DNA of 64,000 nt from Candidatus Saccharimonadota bacterium (GTDB lineage Bacteria; Patescibacteriota; Saccharimonadia; Saccharimonadales; UBA4665). Of this stretch, positions 37,216 through 44,685 are shown piece by piece (position 1 is the first letter of the stretch; the number at the start of each line of letters is the position of its first letter). The notes under the pieces were generated by a model. That model saw nothing but the letters and a program-made list of their open reading frames with translations, searched no databases and was not told the origin of the DNA. Both the position numbers and the translations under genes were made by a program. The stretch spans positions 15,788 through 79,787 of the forward strand of contig DAINPB010000004.1 of NCBI GenBank assembly GCA_036743655.1. The letters are read 5' to 3'.

Positions 37216-37707
37216 ATGAAACTCTCAGCCGTAGCGGAAGTTCTTCATGCTCGGGCCGAACGCCGGCAGCGTGAACCCACCCCAGAAGAAGCCCATCGAG
37301 AAGAGCGATTCAAGCGATTGGGTGAACGTATAATCGCCTTGCGTCAATCGGGCAGACCAGAAATCGAGCCATACGAAACAGATGAGCGAGCAACGTTCCC
37401 GAAACTAGGAGTCTACGCCCTATTCCGAGCTGACGAAAACCGCACGCGAGACATGGCTCTCGAGCTCGTTGCCACCTATGCAGGAAAACGAATCGATCCC
37501 CGCATGCCCCTGTCTTCGGTAACAGCCAAATGGTGGGAGACCGGCACACTAGATTTTCTCGATATGAAAGTAAGCCGTGGGGAGCTATACGATTTTCCCG
37601 AGGACAGCCAGCGAAATCTATCCCGGCTAGAGCAGTCCGTGGAAGAACTAGAAACAGCCGCTCCAGAAGCTTTGGTATCTACGCCCGAGACATACTGGAA
37701 AGAATAG
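37216..37707 (+). CDS. hypothetical protein (163 aa)
   Basis: Internal ATG of ORF-track entry 37180..37707, directly after an AT-rich -10-like TATTAT. Confidence 0.5.
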   Translation: MKLSAVAEVLHARAERRQREPTPEEAHREERFKRLGERIIALRQSGRPEIEPYETDERATFPKLGVYALFRADENRTRDMALELVATYAGKRIDPRMPLSSVTAKWWETGTLDFLDMKVSRGELYDFPEDSQRNLSRLEQSVEELETAAPEALVSTPETYWKE

Positions 37708-37721
37708 AGCGCGTTGTAACC

Positions 37722-37786
37722 GCACGGCACAACAGCAACAAGAGGCAGACCTTGTAAAATGTTCTGGTTATGATATTCTATTTTTC
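37722..37786 (+). promoter_or_regulatory. upstream module M18
   Basis: GCACGGCACAACAGCAACAAGAGGCAGAC, TTGTAA, 16 nt, TATTCT, 7 nt, ATG. Confidence 0.45.
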
Positions 37787-38266
37787 ATGAACACCGTTGT
37801 CGAAAGAGTGCACACATCATTCAGCCGACCAAACCAAGGTATTGAAGTGGATTGGGGCGATTGGGAAATCGGGGAAGATCCACGCGTATTGTATACGCTC
37901 CATCTCGGGGCATGTATTGGCATTGCGATCTATGACACCTCTGCAAGGATTGGCCACATGGCACACATGTACGCCACCCACTCCTCGCAAGATAAAATAA
38001 TTGATCCGTTAATTCGATCAGTCCAAGAACATAATGTAGACCCCTCGAACTTATTAGGCTGGATAACTGGTGGCTCAACAGTAAAACGAGATCCCGAAGG
38101 TCACAAGCAAGGCCTCGAACTTCGCCAGAGAGTGCTTCAACAACTTGAGCGTCTTAACCTGCCAGCAGATAACTTCTGTGCTACATGGAACGATGAGTCC
38201 ATCCCCACCTTTAACATGGTGCTGGATTGTAGAACTGGCGCCTGCCAGATTAGTTCGCGCGCGTAG
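37787..38266 (+). CDS. CheD-like (Cys-His deamidase fold) protein
   Basis: LGACIGIAIYDTSARIGHMAHM resembles the CheD catalytic region (GSC...GGMAH). Tentative call. Confidence 0.4.
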   Translation: MNTVVERVHTSFSRPNQGIEVDWGDWEIGEDPRVLYTLHLGACIGIAIYDTSARIGHMAHMYATHSSQDKIIDPLIRSVQEHNVDPSNLLGWITGGSTVKRDPEGHKQGLELRQRVLQQLERLNLPADNFCATWNDESIPTFNMVLDCRTGACQISSRA

Positions 38267-38278
38267 TTCAAGTTAGTA

Positions 38279-38379
38279 GTTGAGCGGGCACCCCGTCAGC
38301 AGATATCCAAAGCTGCAGAGCATGCTTACACAGAGCACCATACCTTTACAGATATTGCTTTTTGTGGTATTTTTGTTTT
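38279..38379 (+). promoter_or_regulatory. upstream module M19
   Basis: Degenerate motif GTTGAGCGGGCACCCCGTCAGCAG, then TTTACA, 17 nt, GTGGTATTT, 6 nt, ATG. Confidence 0.45.
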
Positions 38380-38877
38380 ATGAGTCACTGTACTTCACGC
38401 AGACAGCTACGAATTGCCAATAGCAATCAGCTTTTACACCCCAGCCAGATTGAAGAGGGGATAGAGATTGGCGTAGTTAACCTAATTAAGCCGACGCCAC
38501 AAAGGGAACGCACCCTTCAAGCCGTTGCCGCACTTGCATTTTCGTATGGAAGAAACGCTGGGGAAGGGCGCTTTGCGGCTGGAAAACGCGGGTGGCAGTT
38601 CAGTACGCCTCACGGCTTACTACCCGACTGGCGAGGGATTGTAAATAGCGTCGGAGGGCATGGAGTCTGGGTAGACCTCACGGGGACTCGAGGTGATAAC
38701 AACGATCCATTTAGCTATATGGATCAAAGCCTAGAGGCTCTCCCTGACGTCGTACACCCCATCCGACAGCATTGCACATTACAAAGCATAGGATTAGCTG
38801 CGCTTGCTTCAACCAATAGCGCACTCAGAGAAGAAGCAGGTCGCTGGATTCCAGCTGCAACCATTCGCTTGTCTTAG
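38380..38877 (+). CDS. hypothetical protein (165 aa)
   Basis: The ORF track starts at a TTG at 38362 (MWYFCF is the translated -10 box). The ATG at 38380 is preferred. Confidence 0.55.
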   Translation: MSHCTSRRQLRIANSNQLLHPSQIEEGIEIGVVNLIKPTPQRERTLQAVAALAFSYGRNAGEGRFAAGKRGWQFSTPHGLLPDWRGIVNSVGGHGVWVDLTGTRGDNNDPFSYMDQSLEALPDVVHPIRQHCTLQSIGLAALASTNSALREEAGRWIPAATIRLS

Positions 38878-38944
38878 CTCTAAGTACACCAAATAGTGAG
38901 AGTCAGAATTTGCAAAATACTGACTTATATGTTATTATGCATCT
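38878..38944 (+). promoter_or_regulatory. upstream module M20
   Basis: CTCTAAGTACACCAAATAGTGAGAGTCAGAA, TTGCAA, 17 nt, TGtTATTAT, 6 nt, ATG. Confidence 0.5.
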
Positions 38945-39409
38945 ATGTCCTCTGCGCATACTCACTCTCAAGAAGTAGCCCGATTGGTGCCACTCATATA
39001 TGAGGCCTCAATTGGGGAGTTCGGGCTGCACCCCAACACAGACATGTCTCGCAGCAATAAATGTCATACCCTGACAAAGGACATGCTGCTTGCATTACGA
39101 TGCGAAGAGATTGCCGTGCGTCGTGAGCTGCACAAAGACGCCTCAGGCCTTTGGCATTACATTATTGCCCACACCGATGTAGAAACCCCGCCATCCGACG
39201 AAGATATTATTACAGATATAAATCCCTGGTGCTTTTCTGGCGGAGAGGCCTACACAGGCTACCTGCATGCCCCTAGGCAGGAAGTAATGGCCACATTAGC
39301 TGCTGCAGATTTATCTGCCGAGCAAGTTTCACTCAGAGGCCTAAGCACTATCGTGCTTGCACACACAGAAGATCTTCTCACGTCACACACGCACCCTCCT
39401 ATACTTTAA
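38945..39409 (+). CDS. hypothetical protein (154 aa)
   Basis: ORF track. Confidence 0.55.
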   Translation: MSSAHTHSQEVARLVPLIYEASIGEFGLHPNTDMSRSNKCHTLTKDMLLALRCEEIAVRRELHKDASGLWHYIIAHTDVETPPSDEDIITDINPWCFSGGEAYTGYLHAPRQEVMATLAAADLSAEQVSLRGLSTIVLAHTEDLLTSHTHPPIL

Positions 39410-39415
39410 ATATGC

Positions 39416-39484
39416 TTTGCCAAACGTGTTCTCTGGGGGAAAACCAAGTTTGTAAAATATTAATTTTCGTGGTATTTTATTTTT
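39416..39484 (+). promoter_or_regulatory. upstream module M21
   Basis: TTTGCCAAACGTGTTCTCTGGGGGAAAACCAAG, TTGTAA, 17 nt, cGTGGTATTTT, 6 nt, ATG. Confidence 0.55.
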
Positions 39485-39928
39485 ATGTTCAATTCTGCCG
39501 GTACGGGAGAAAAAACGCCTAAGCCCAGCGCGCTAAAATATTTGCATCGAAGTATTGGAACGCTTGCTGTAACCAGTGTCGCTATCGCCGGAATTTATTT
39601 TGGAGAAAAAGCCATCATGAATGCCACCAGCGACAGAAGCGCAGTTGTAGCAGGCGTGCCAGGTCTAGTAATCGCCCATAAGTCTCAAAATGACTCATCG
39701 TTATTATTTAATAAGATACAGCACTGGCTAAAGGTCGAGCAGTGTCCGCACAACGGCGTCGCGACCAAAGAAGGTGGCAGCAACGCCTTATACGGCCCTA
39801 GCCCTGCCTTGCTAAAGGCTGGCTGTTACGAAGACTGGGCGCTTGTCACTGCTAAGACAGCGACTCAGTTCGCAGACGGAGATAGTGTCGTCTTTAACGG
39901 ATCGCCTCAGGATCACTTGACCAAATAG
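39485..39928 (+). CDS. hypothetical protein with an N-terminal TM helix (147 aa)
   Basis: ORF track. Confidence 0.55.
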   Translation: MFNSAGTGEKTPKPSALKYLHRSIGTLAVTSVAIAGIYFGEKAIMNATSDRSAVVAGVPGLVIAHKSQNDSSLLFNKIQHWLKVEQCPHNGVATKEGGSNALYGPSPALLKAGCYEDWALVTAKTATQFADGDSVVFNGSPQDHLTK

Positions 39929-39966
39929 GGTGCTCGTCATATGTGGTGCACAGCGGAGCTAGAACT

Positions 39967-40031
39967 GCACGGCGTGCTCATCGGGTAGAGCCATGTTTGT
40001 CAGGAACCGAGTTTTATAGTACGTTAACCTT
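39967..40031 (+). promoter_or_regulatory. upstream module M22
   Basis: GCACGGCGTGCTCATCGGGTAGAGCCATG, TTTGTC, 18 nt, TACGTT, 6 nt, ATG. Confidence 0.45.
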
Positions 40032-40595
40032 ATGTCAGAGACGCTCTTATATGCTATGCGACCGCTGGGTTCATGCCAGCACGGGGAACTTCGGGCGCAT
40101 ATTCCGGAGCTCAATAGATACCTTGATGTTTTTCCTTCGACATCCTTGAAATGGCGTCCACTGGGCAAAGCCGGCCTGATGCTGATGGAGCGGGGCGAGT
40201 TCGCGATGGCGCAGAATTTTCCTGGGAGCAAGCTCAACGGCAAAGAGATGTCGGCTACGAAGGCTCGTCTTCGCGCTGCGCTCATCACCCAAAACGATCA
40301 ACATCGCATGCAGCCTGCCAAGACGGTGAGGACTTCGTATATGGGCAAGGGACGTCTTGGACTCCGGAGCATAGTTTACATGCTTGATCCTGAGGCTTTT
40401 ATCGAAGATCGCGCCGACGTCATTGATACTATGAACGAGGAAGCAGGCGTAGAAATCGGCTGGCGAAACTTCAAGCCCCACGTTACTGTTGCCACTGTCG
40501 ATAAACGAAGTGCCACGCCTGAACTGCTGCGACATTTCGAGCGTTTCAGACCAGACAGCTTGAGCTTCATGGGCGTAAAAGTTGAGGCTAGCTGA
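40032..40595 (+). CDS. hypothetical protein (187 aa)
   Basis: The plus-strand ORF is chosen over the fully overlapping minus ORF (40071..40631) because of the upstream module and its more protein-like composition. A single HVT motif is not enough to call a 2H phosphoesterase. Confidence 0.45.
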   Translation: MSETLLYAMRPLGSCQHGELRAHIPELNRYLDVFPSTSLKWRPLGKAGLMLMERGEFAMAQNFPGSKLNGKEMSATKARLRAALITQNDQHRMQPAKTVRTSYMGKGRLGLRSIVYMLDPEAFIEDRADVIDTMNEEAGVEIGWRNFKPHVTVATVDKRSATPELLRHFERFRPDSLSFMGVKVEAS

Positions 40596-40669
40596 TCCAG
40601 AGCGGCTAAGGGCGCCTGCTAGCCTTACCAAGTTTTGACAGGTACTATTAATTATGCTATTTTTACTTT
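40596..40669 (+). promoter_or_regulatory. upstream module M23
   Basis: Degenerate motif, then TTGACA, 17 nt, TATTTT, 6 nt, ATG. Confidence 0.5.
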
Positions 40670-42484
40670 ATGTCGAATTTTGAGGAAGGTGCCTCTGAAC
40701 TAGGTCGTTTGGACGGCCCGAATATTTTAGATGGAGACACGCTGTTTGCTCTCTTGGCGTCCTCCGGAATTGCTGAGTTGAGCTCCGGTGACGCCCTGAC
40801 GACAGTCTACGTCGATAGCACGCCCAAAGACGAGGGGGAGCTATACGTGAACCCTGACGGAAGAACCGTGCACGGCTTTATGACGAAATTCTCACCCGAC
40901 TTTACTGGCTGGGGGCAGGGCGATCTGGTGCGCGCACGTTTTGTGATTAATCCAAAGGCCGACCAAGTATCATTGCTCGTGGCCGATAGTTTCGTCGGCG
41001 ATATCCGTCACGCTGACGAATTTGTACTAGAAGGCGATCAGGCAGAATTAGCAAAATTACGCGGCCTCGGCATTACCGAGCTTGACCTAGACGTGGAAGT
41101 TACCAGCGAGGAGCGCGAGTACATTGTTAGTAATATGTTCAAATACTCAGCCCGGGTTGATCGGATAAATAACATCCTGACAGCCTGGGACGGCAAGAGC
41201 GAATTAACTCCGGGCCAGGTTCTCCTACAAGGCGAAGTAACAGAGTATATTGCAGACGAACGTGGTGCTCCTGACAATAAGAAGCCCACGCACATGACGC
41301 TAGACGTCAACGGAGAGTCCGTAGTCATCAATATGAACGCTGGGCACGTTCGGTACGAAGGCGGCCCTTACGAGAAACTCCTCAGCGACGTTCCTGAAAT
41401 CGGAGACGTCGTCCAGGTGCTCGCCCACTACAATCCGGATTTCAAACAGCAGCCACACTACAGACCGCGGGTAAGCGCCTTCGATGCTAGCTGGTGCAGG
41501 TCTACGTACTGTTTGGCGGTTAACGCTGAGCGGGCAGCGGAGCAAGAAGCGTTCAGCGTGGCGTTAGATAATGCGATTGATGAGCTGGCAACAATCACTG
41601 AGCATCCAAGATTTCGCCAGCAATACGGCAGAATTATTGAGCAGTCACTCGTTGATTCAGCTGGCAAGGACTGTCGTAGCCGTGCCCAGCAAGAACGTAT
41701 GGCCAAGCTGGTGGAGGCTATATTCCCCGAAGATCAACACCTGAGAAAACCACTACTTGCCATCGGCAAAGACTTTCCGTCAGTCTATGCCACCTTCAAG
41801 GAGTCGTACGGCATCGATATCTACTCGATGAGCGTGTCAGAGGTATGCGCTGTCGTCATGGGAATCGCCCAAGATCCCTCAAAACTCGATCCTAAAACCA
41901 GGGAGACCGATTACCTTTTCCGGGTTGTTAACGATGCGCTATCGCCAGAGCAGATGAGCACGCTTGCAACAACCATACTAAGCACGTACTACCCGATCAC
42001 CGTAAGGAAGGATGCCTCGTACGACAAAGACTATACGCCAGAGCACGGGAAAGTACCCTACTGCCAGCGTTCCTTAACCGAAGCAGCAATTTCGCACCTT
42101 GGTTCAACTGGGCTGGAACGTGATATCGAGACACTCACCGCATTGTTCGAAAGCTCAATAGCAAACGATCAATTCTCCCAAATCCGCAGAGAAAACGACT
42201 ATATGACCGCGATTACTAATAGCCTCCACCACGCCCTCTGCGAAACAGGCACTTGGTCGGCCGACAAGGGTTGGCATGGGGTTACTGATATTGACGTTTT
42301 GCAGCGCTTCCAGCAGGTAGTTATCCCTCGATTGACCGCCGCCATGGGCATCTACACGGCAAAGGTTAATGCGCTCCCTTATGTGAACGACGAAAAGTAC
42401 GCCGCGTTCAACCACAGCTTCACGCTGGATCACTTGCAGAAAATGGTAGAACTCGCCAGCGAACTTGAAGCGCTAGCTGCCTAA
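40670..42484 (+). CDS. large hypothetical protein (604 aa)
   Basis: ORF track. No motif recognised. Confidence 0.65.
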   Translation: MSNFEEGASELGRLDGPNILDGDTLFALLASSGIAELSSGDALTTVYVDSTPKDEGELYVNPDGRTVHGFMTKFSPDFTGWGQGDLVRARFVINPKADQVSLLVADSFVGDIRHADEFVLEGDQAELAKLRGLGITELDLDVEVTSEEREYIVSNMFKYSARVDRINNILTAWDGKSELTPGQVLLQGEVTEYIADERGAPDNKKPTHMTLDVNGESVVINMNAGHVRYEGGPYEKLLSDVPEIGDVVQVLAHYNPDFKQQPHYRPRVSAFDASWCRSTYCLAVNAERAAEQEAFSVALDNAIDELATITEHPRFRQQYGRIIEQSLVDSAGKDCRSRAQQERMAKLVEAIFPEDQHLRKPLLAIGKDFPSVYATFKESYGIDIYSMSVSEVCAVVMGIAQDPSKLDPKTRETDYLFRVVNDALSPEQMSTLATTILSTYYPITVRKDASYDKDYTPEHGKVPYCQRSLTEAAISHLGSTGLERDIETLTALFESSIANDQFSQIRRENDYMTAITNSLHHALCETGTWSADKGWHGVTDIDVLQRFQQVVIPRLTAAMGIYTAKVNALPYVNDEKYAAFNHSFTLDHLQKMVELASELEALAA

Positions 42485-42503
42485 TATCGGTTAAGCGATC
42501 AAA

Positions 42504-42571
42504 GCCGCAAAGTACCCCCCCGGAGAGCGCAGAGCTTTACAGATACACGGCTTTATGATACTATCGTCTTT
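42504..42571 (+). promoter_or_regulatory. upstream module M24
   Basis: GCCGCAAAGTACCCCCCCGGAGAGCGCAGAGC, TTTACA, 17 nt, TACTAT, 7 nt, ATG. Confidence 0.5.
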
Positions 42572-42916
42572 ATGGCAGCAGAATTTTCACGCGAGGAACT
42601 AGCTGAATACTCAGCACAAAATAAGCACGGCTACGAAACCCTTGCACTCATGGCGCCCTATTGGCGATCTTTCCTTCTAGACAAGGCCGAGAAAGCCCGC
42701 CTGGAGATGCTGGACAGGAACACGCGCCGATTAGGCTCTAACGCAATCTATTTTTCCTTTGCAGCAAAAGTCACAGGCATCGCTGTTGAACAGATTGAAA
42801 GCGTGGGTCACACCGGCGACTTCATCACCATCGTACCGACACCCGATGTTTGCACATTCCAAGAATTCCTCAGGGAAAAATTTCCCGCAACAACTCCGCT
42901 CCAACCCGCAGGCTAA
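42572..42916 (+). CDS. hypothetical protein (114 aa)
   Basis: ORF track. Confidence 0.55.
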   Translation: MAAEFSREELAEYSAQNKHGYETLALMAPYWRSFLLDKAEKARLEMLDRNTRRLGSNAIYFSFAAKVTGIAVEQIESVGHTGDFITIVPTPDVCTFQEFLREKFPATTPLQPAG

Positions 42917-42920
42917 CAGT

Positions 42921-42980
42921 CTCCACCGCCCAACAGGGAAAGTCCGGCACCCTTTGAGCCAATCCTGCTATCATTAACCA
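42921..42980 (+). promoter_or_regulatory. upstream module M25 (degenerate)
   Basis: CTCCACCGCCCAACAGGGAAAGTCCGGC, then TATCAT, 6 nt, ATG. Confidence 0.35.
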
Positions 42981-43706
42981 ATGCATGAGCTGCTCCTTCT
43001 CGTCGTCGGATTTATCGTAGCCTTCATCGGTACTATGTCGGGTGGCGGTGCTGGCCTCTTGGCGGTGGCTACGCTGCTTTATTTCGGGCTGCCCATCAAT
43101 CAAGCCATTGCCACCAACAAATTTGGCGACCTGGGCTTCTTCCTGCCGGCCTTGCGCAATCTCATCAAAGCCAAACAGATCGAGAAAAAAGCGCTGCCAC
43201 CCATTATCATGATCAATGTCGTTGGCGTAGTTATCGGCACCCTCCTGATTACGCATCTGGACAGAAACACCTTCAAGAAGCTAGTTGCAGGAATCCTCGT
43301 GATAATACTGATCTCCAGCCTTATCAAGAGAAACTATGCGCTCAAGGAGCGCTCCGCTCGCTGGTACTGGCCGTTTATATACTTCGGGACTTCCATTTCG
43401 TCTGGGGCGGTCGGAGCAGGGACGGGCATTTTGTCTACGCTGACACTGATGTACTTCCGCGGCTTTACGGCGCTGCGAGCAATGGCACATAGTTTTTATG
43501 CGGGCGCACTCGGCTCGCTGATCAGCGTCAGCATGCTGCTGTTCACCAGCCTCATAAATTACCGCTACGCCGTCTGCCTATTAGCTGGCAATATCATCGG
43601 CTCACATCTAGGCTCAAAAATCGCCATCAAAAAAGGCAACGCGTTCGTACGCATCATGATCATAATCCTCGCCATTTGCGTTATGTTGCAGCTGATACTC
43701 TTCTGA
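42981..43706 (+). CDS. TauE/SafE (TSUP, DUF81) family anion exporter
   Basis: 241-aa polytopic protein with N-terminus GTMSGGGAGLLAV...TNKF, typical of TSUP. Confidence 0.8.
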   Translation: MHELLLLVVGFIVAFIGTMSGGGAGLLAVATLLYFGLPINQAIATNKFGDLGFFLPALRNLIKAKQIEKKALPPIIMINVVGVVIGTLLITHLDRNTFKKLVAGILVIILISSLIKRNYALKERSARWYWPFIYFGTSISSGAVGAGTGILSTLTLMYFRGFTALRAMAHSFYAGALGSLISVSMLLFTSLINYRYAVCLLAGNIIGSHLGSKIAIKKGNAFVRIMIIILAICVMLQLILF

Positions 43707-43817
43707 TATTCGGACCTTCGCAGGAACCGAGCAGTGATGACGAGGAGCGATAAGCCTCTCCCTGGCGTACAAGACGCTGCAGCAGTTATGTAACGTGCTT
43801 ATCGAAGACAGCACGTC

Positions 43818-43852
43818 TTTGCAAAAACAGCTTTTTGTGGTATTTTATACTT
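43818..43852 (+). promoter_or_regulatory. stereotyped promoter M26
   Basis: TTTGCA, 17 nt (..ctttttGTGG), TATTTT, 6 nt, ATG. Confidence 0.55.
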
Positions 43853-44146
43853 ATGAGCACTCCTGAGCGATCGGCCAACGGCGATAATGCGGATATCAGG
43901 CCCTTGGCCGACTTCGAACGGCGACGCCTGTCGCTTGGTGACTGCCCAGAACCAGTACACCAAGCGCTCGACATCCTCCACGAAAAAGCAGATGAGTTGG
44001 ACTTACAAACCAGCCGAACCGAAATAGTTGCCGCACTTATAATGGACGTGATGCGGAATGATGCCGACGCCAACTATATGGCCAGGCTAATCCTGCGACA
44101 TCGTAAAATACGCATTCGCTACCTTGATCCCGGCGAAGAAGATTAG
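43853..44146 (+). CDS. hypothetical protein (97 aa)
   Basis: The ORF track starts at a TTG at 43835 (MWYFIL is the translated -10 box). The ATG at 43853 is preferred. Confidence 0.55.
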   Translation: MSTPERSANGDNADIRPLADFERRRLSLGDCPEPVHQALDILHEKADELDLQTSRTEIVAALIMDVMRNDADANYMARLILRHRKIRIRYLDPGEED

Positions 44147-44158
44147 GCAACAGTTCGT

Positions 44159-44193
44159 TTTATATTTACGTTGTTATATGGTATTTTAATCTT
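44159..44193 (+). promoter_or_regulatory. stereotyped promoter M27
   Basis: atATGGTATTTT, 6 nt, ATG. The -35 is weak. Confidence 0.45.
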
Positions 44194-44616
44194 ATGAGCC
44201 GCGAGGACTACCCAGAGAAGGAGCCACCCGTCGGGAGAGAGCATCCTGAGTTCGTGGCAGCCTATGCGCACATCAATCGTGATACAGGGGAGTCCTGTAC
44301 GGTGCCTTTCCCAGCCGCCGTATTCGGTATTCACCACGAGTTCTTCGGCGTCGGCAAGGTTATCGGGAGCATTGAAGATAACCCCGTTATAGAGGTAGAA
44401 GATCGGGATGACGGCGAGCCATACTGCATTATGGGTTACGACTCCTGGTGGACACACCCCGTACCACAAGAGATATTGGACAAAATGGCCAGCGGCGAGC
44501 TGACTATCGACAGCGTCGCCTCGTACAAGACAAGACTGGATGATGACCTGGAAGCGACAGAGAGCGCCGACAGGGACTTCCTCGAAGATTGCGATATCGA
44601 TCCCGATTCGCTGTAG
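44194..44616 (+). CDS. acidic hypothetical protein (140 aa)
   Basis: ORF track. Confidence 0.55.
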   Translation: MSREDYPEKEPPVGREHPEFVAAYAHINRDTGESCTVPFPAAVFGIHHEFFGVGKVIGSIEDNPVIEVEDRDDGEPYCIMGYDSWWTHPVPQEILDKMASGELTIDSVASYKTRLDDDLEATESADRDFLEDCDIDPDSL

Positions 44617-44622
44617 CTGCAC

Positions 44623-44685
44623 GCCCGCTCTTGAGGAGCACCTATTTACAAATATGGTTATATATGGTATTTTTAGCTTAATATT
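44623..44685 (+). promoter_or_regulatory. upstream module M28
   Basis: CGCCCGCTCTTGAGGAGCACC, TTTACA, 17 nt, atATGGTATTTT, then 12 nt to the ATG of the helicase. Confidence 0.5.

Noticed and set aside
40032-40595. 2H phosphoesterase / LigT call based on PHVTVA.
   Set aside because: Only one HxT motif is visible, and the family requires two. The gene is left as hypothetical.
40071-40631. 186-aa minus-strand ORF fully overlapping the plus ORF at 40032-40595.
   Set aside because: Its composition is Arg/Ser/Leu-rich and it has no upstream signals. The plus ORF has the standard module with the ATG 6 nt after the -10.
17617-44685. The gene array with repeated inter-gene motifs might be an integron cassette array with attC sites.
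   Set aside because: No IntI-type integrase or attI is in the window. The motifs lack the paired R''/L''-L'/R' core-site symmetry (one copy contains GTTAGGC, probably by chance). Each unit also carries its own promoter, unlike promoterless integron cassettes. The idea is kept only as a loose analogy in the findings.
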